In this document: piece by piece, positions 62,585-64,000 of the stretch
Layout: the number at the start of each line of letters is the position of its first letter
Position numbering within the stretch: position 1 is the stretch's first letter
Source: Oculina patagonica
Taxonomy: Eukaryota
NCBI RefSeq assembly: GCF_052425735.1
Contig: NC_135765.1
Span: forward strand, 31,310,001-31,374,000
Direction: 5' to 3'
Length of the DNA stretch: 64,000 nucleotides
Translations under genes and position numbers: made by a program
The notes under the pieces: model-generated
What the model saw: the letters and a program-made list of their open reading frames with translations, nothing else
What the model was told of the DNA's origin: nothing
Databases searched by the model: none

Positions 62585-64000
62585 GTTACCTATTTTATGG
62601 CAGACTAAACCGTTTTTGAGTCTCGTTCCGTTTTTCAACTGAATTTGTCTTCAAGTACTCACAGCTTCACTATCAATTGCAGGGATCTCATCAGAGCATG
62701 GCTGTTCTTAATTAACAGCTTTTCCAGTGACAAACAAAATAGTCTAAATTATATATCTTAAGGACAGTTTATCTTTAGTGCAGAGGCAGTTAGAATTTTT
62801 TTCAAGGCATCAGATAAGGACTGCATGAAGAAATCTCTCCTTGGGATTTAGAAGCCCAGTGTGGTGACATTAGTTTTTTTTAAGGGTTGCTTTTTGACTC
62901 CCTTTCTTCTCCCCGAGAGTCTGTAAGCGCAGGCGTACGCTCACTCGATAACCAAACCTTTTCGGTTTGGGTTTACCAAATTTCCTTACCCATGGTGCTC
63001 CGCTGGCGCGCTACGCACGCTGGAGCTCCGCTATGAATCTGCATACTAGAAAATATCTCTCTTGCTGAGAACGGAATTGCAGAGGATGTAATGATAACAG
63101 AAATGATAGCTTTATTTTAACACTTTTTAGCCAAAAAGTGCATTATTTAGGACTTTTACCACAAAGACGATAAATTATTTGAAGCAGTAACAGTTGTTCC
63201 TTGCATTTTATTGTCACTTTGAGAGATAACAATGACGAACATGTAACATCTTAAAACACAATATACAAAGTTACGCAAGCGGGAAACTGTTTTAATATTA
63301 AAATTTACATCACTAATACTATAAGAAAGATACCAAAACTTGTGAGACGAATTTGTTTGCTGACTTATGTACACTAGTTGTCAACATCACTAGAAGAGCT
63401 GAAAATAACTTAGGATTTTAAGTAGGTTTTTCGGCTGGAGCCTTCTACTCCCTCTGAAAATTGACCAAGCACGTCATTTTCAGGCGAGATGTTGCTAAGT
63501 GACATGACGTGTCCATGGCAACAAGGTCATGTGACTACACTCCTACTGCTCCGGCTTTTTCTGATTGAAAATAAGGATAGACACTTCTTCCCTTTTAACA
63601 CGAGAATTTGCCAAAAACCAGCTCCTGTATCCTCTTTGGAACAATCTTTTATGTTTACACATGAAATTTAGAAAATGTACCTGGTAATTATTACGTCAAT
63701 AAATTACGTTGTTATACGGACGAACAGCATGGCTGCATTTTTCACTTAAATAGTATTTGTCTGGCAACGCGGATTATTGATTTTTCGCGTGAATATAAAT
63801 GCCTGACTATGGGTCGCAAACTCATTACAGAGCGCGCGCTTTAAGTGTACGTCTAAGATGTTAACATTCGTTGTTTATTACGCTGATAATTCTACATCTC
63901 ATATTATAAATACTTTTTGAGACGATTTTCTAGTTAACATGGCAGCTTACTTTTACTCTTCAGTTGTAAGTTCTCGTCTAAATGCTAACGAAATACGAAC

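Overview
Eukaryotic (metazoan) genomic DNA. The GT-AG introns, repeat families and GPCR type suggest an anthozoan or stony coral, but that is inference. (1) 1-32031 (+): the 3' part (32 exons, about 3,995 aa) of a giant single-pass membrane protein. It has a GCC2/GCC3 (ephrin-receptor-like) cysteine-repeat ectodomain, a furin-type RRRRR site, one TM helix, a long coiled-coil tail and a C-terminal zincin-like domain reading HCLSH instead of HExxH. One exon carries a +1 frameshift. (2) 33114-36903 (-): a 3-exon Q50 PRD-class homeobox gene with a Shox-like homeodomain, an eh1 motif and an OAR motif. (3) tRNA-Lys(CTT) at 39848-39920. (4) 40825-62584: five intronless class A GPCR paralogues in a mirror-image array, four with lesions and one intact. 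One copy is split by a young full-length Ty3/Gypsy element (41330-47208). That element's single 1787-aa ORF appears to result from a deletion in the gag zinc knuckle that bypasses an intact -1 frameshift signal. Introns and spacers are dense with MITE, SINE, Penelope and Helentron-like relics, including a minimal hammerhead ribozyme motif. Family names come from recalled motifs; no searches were run.
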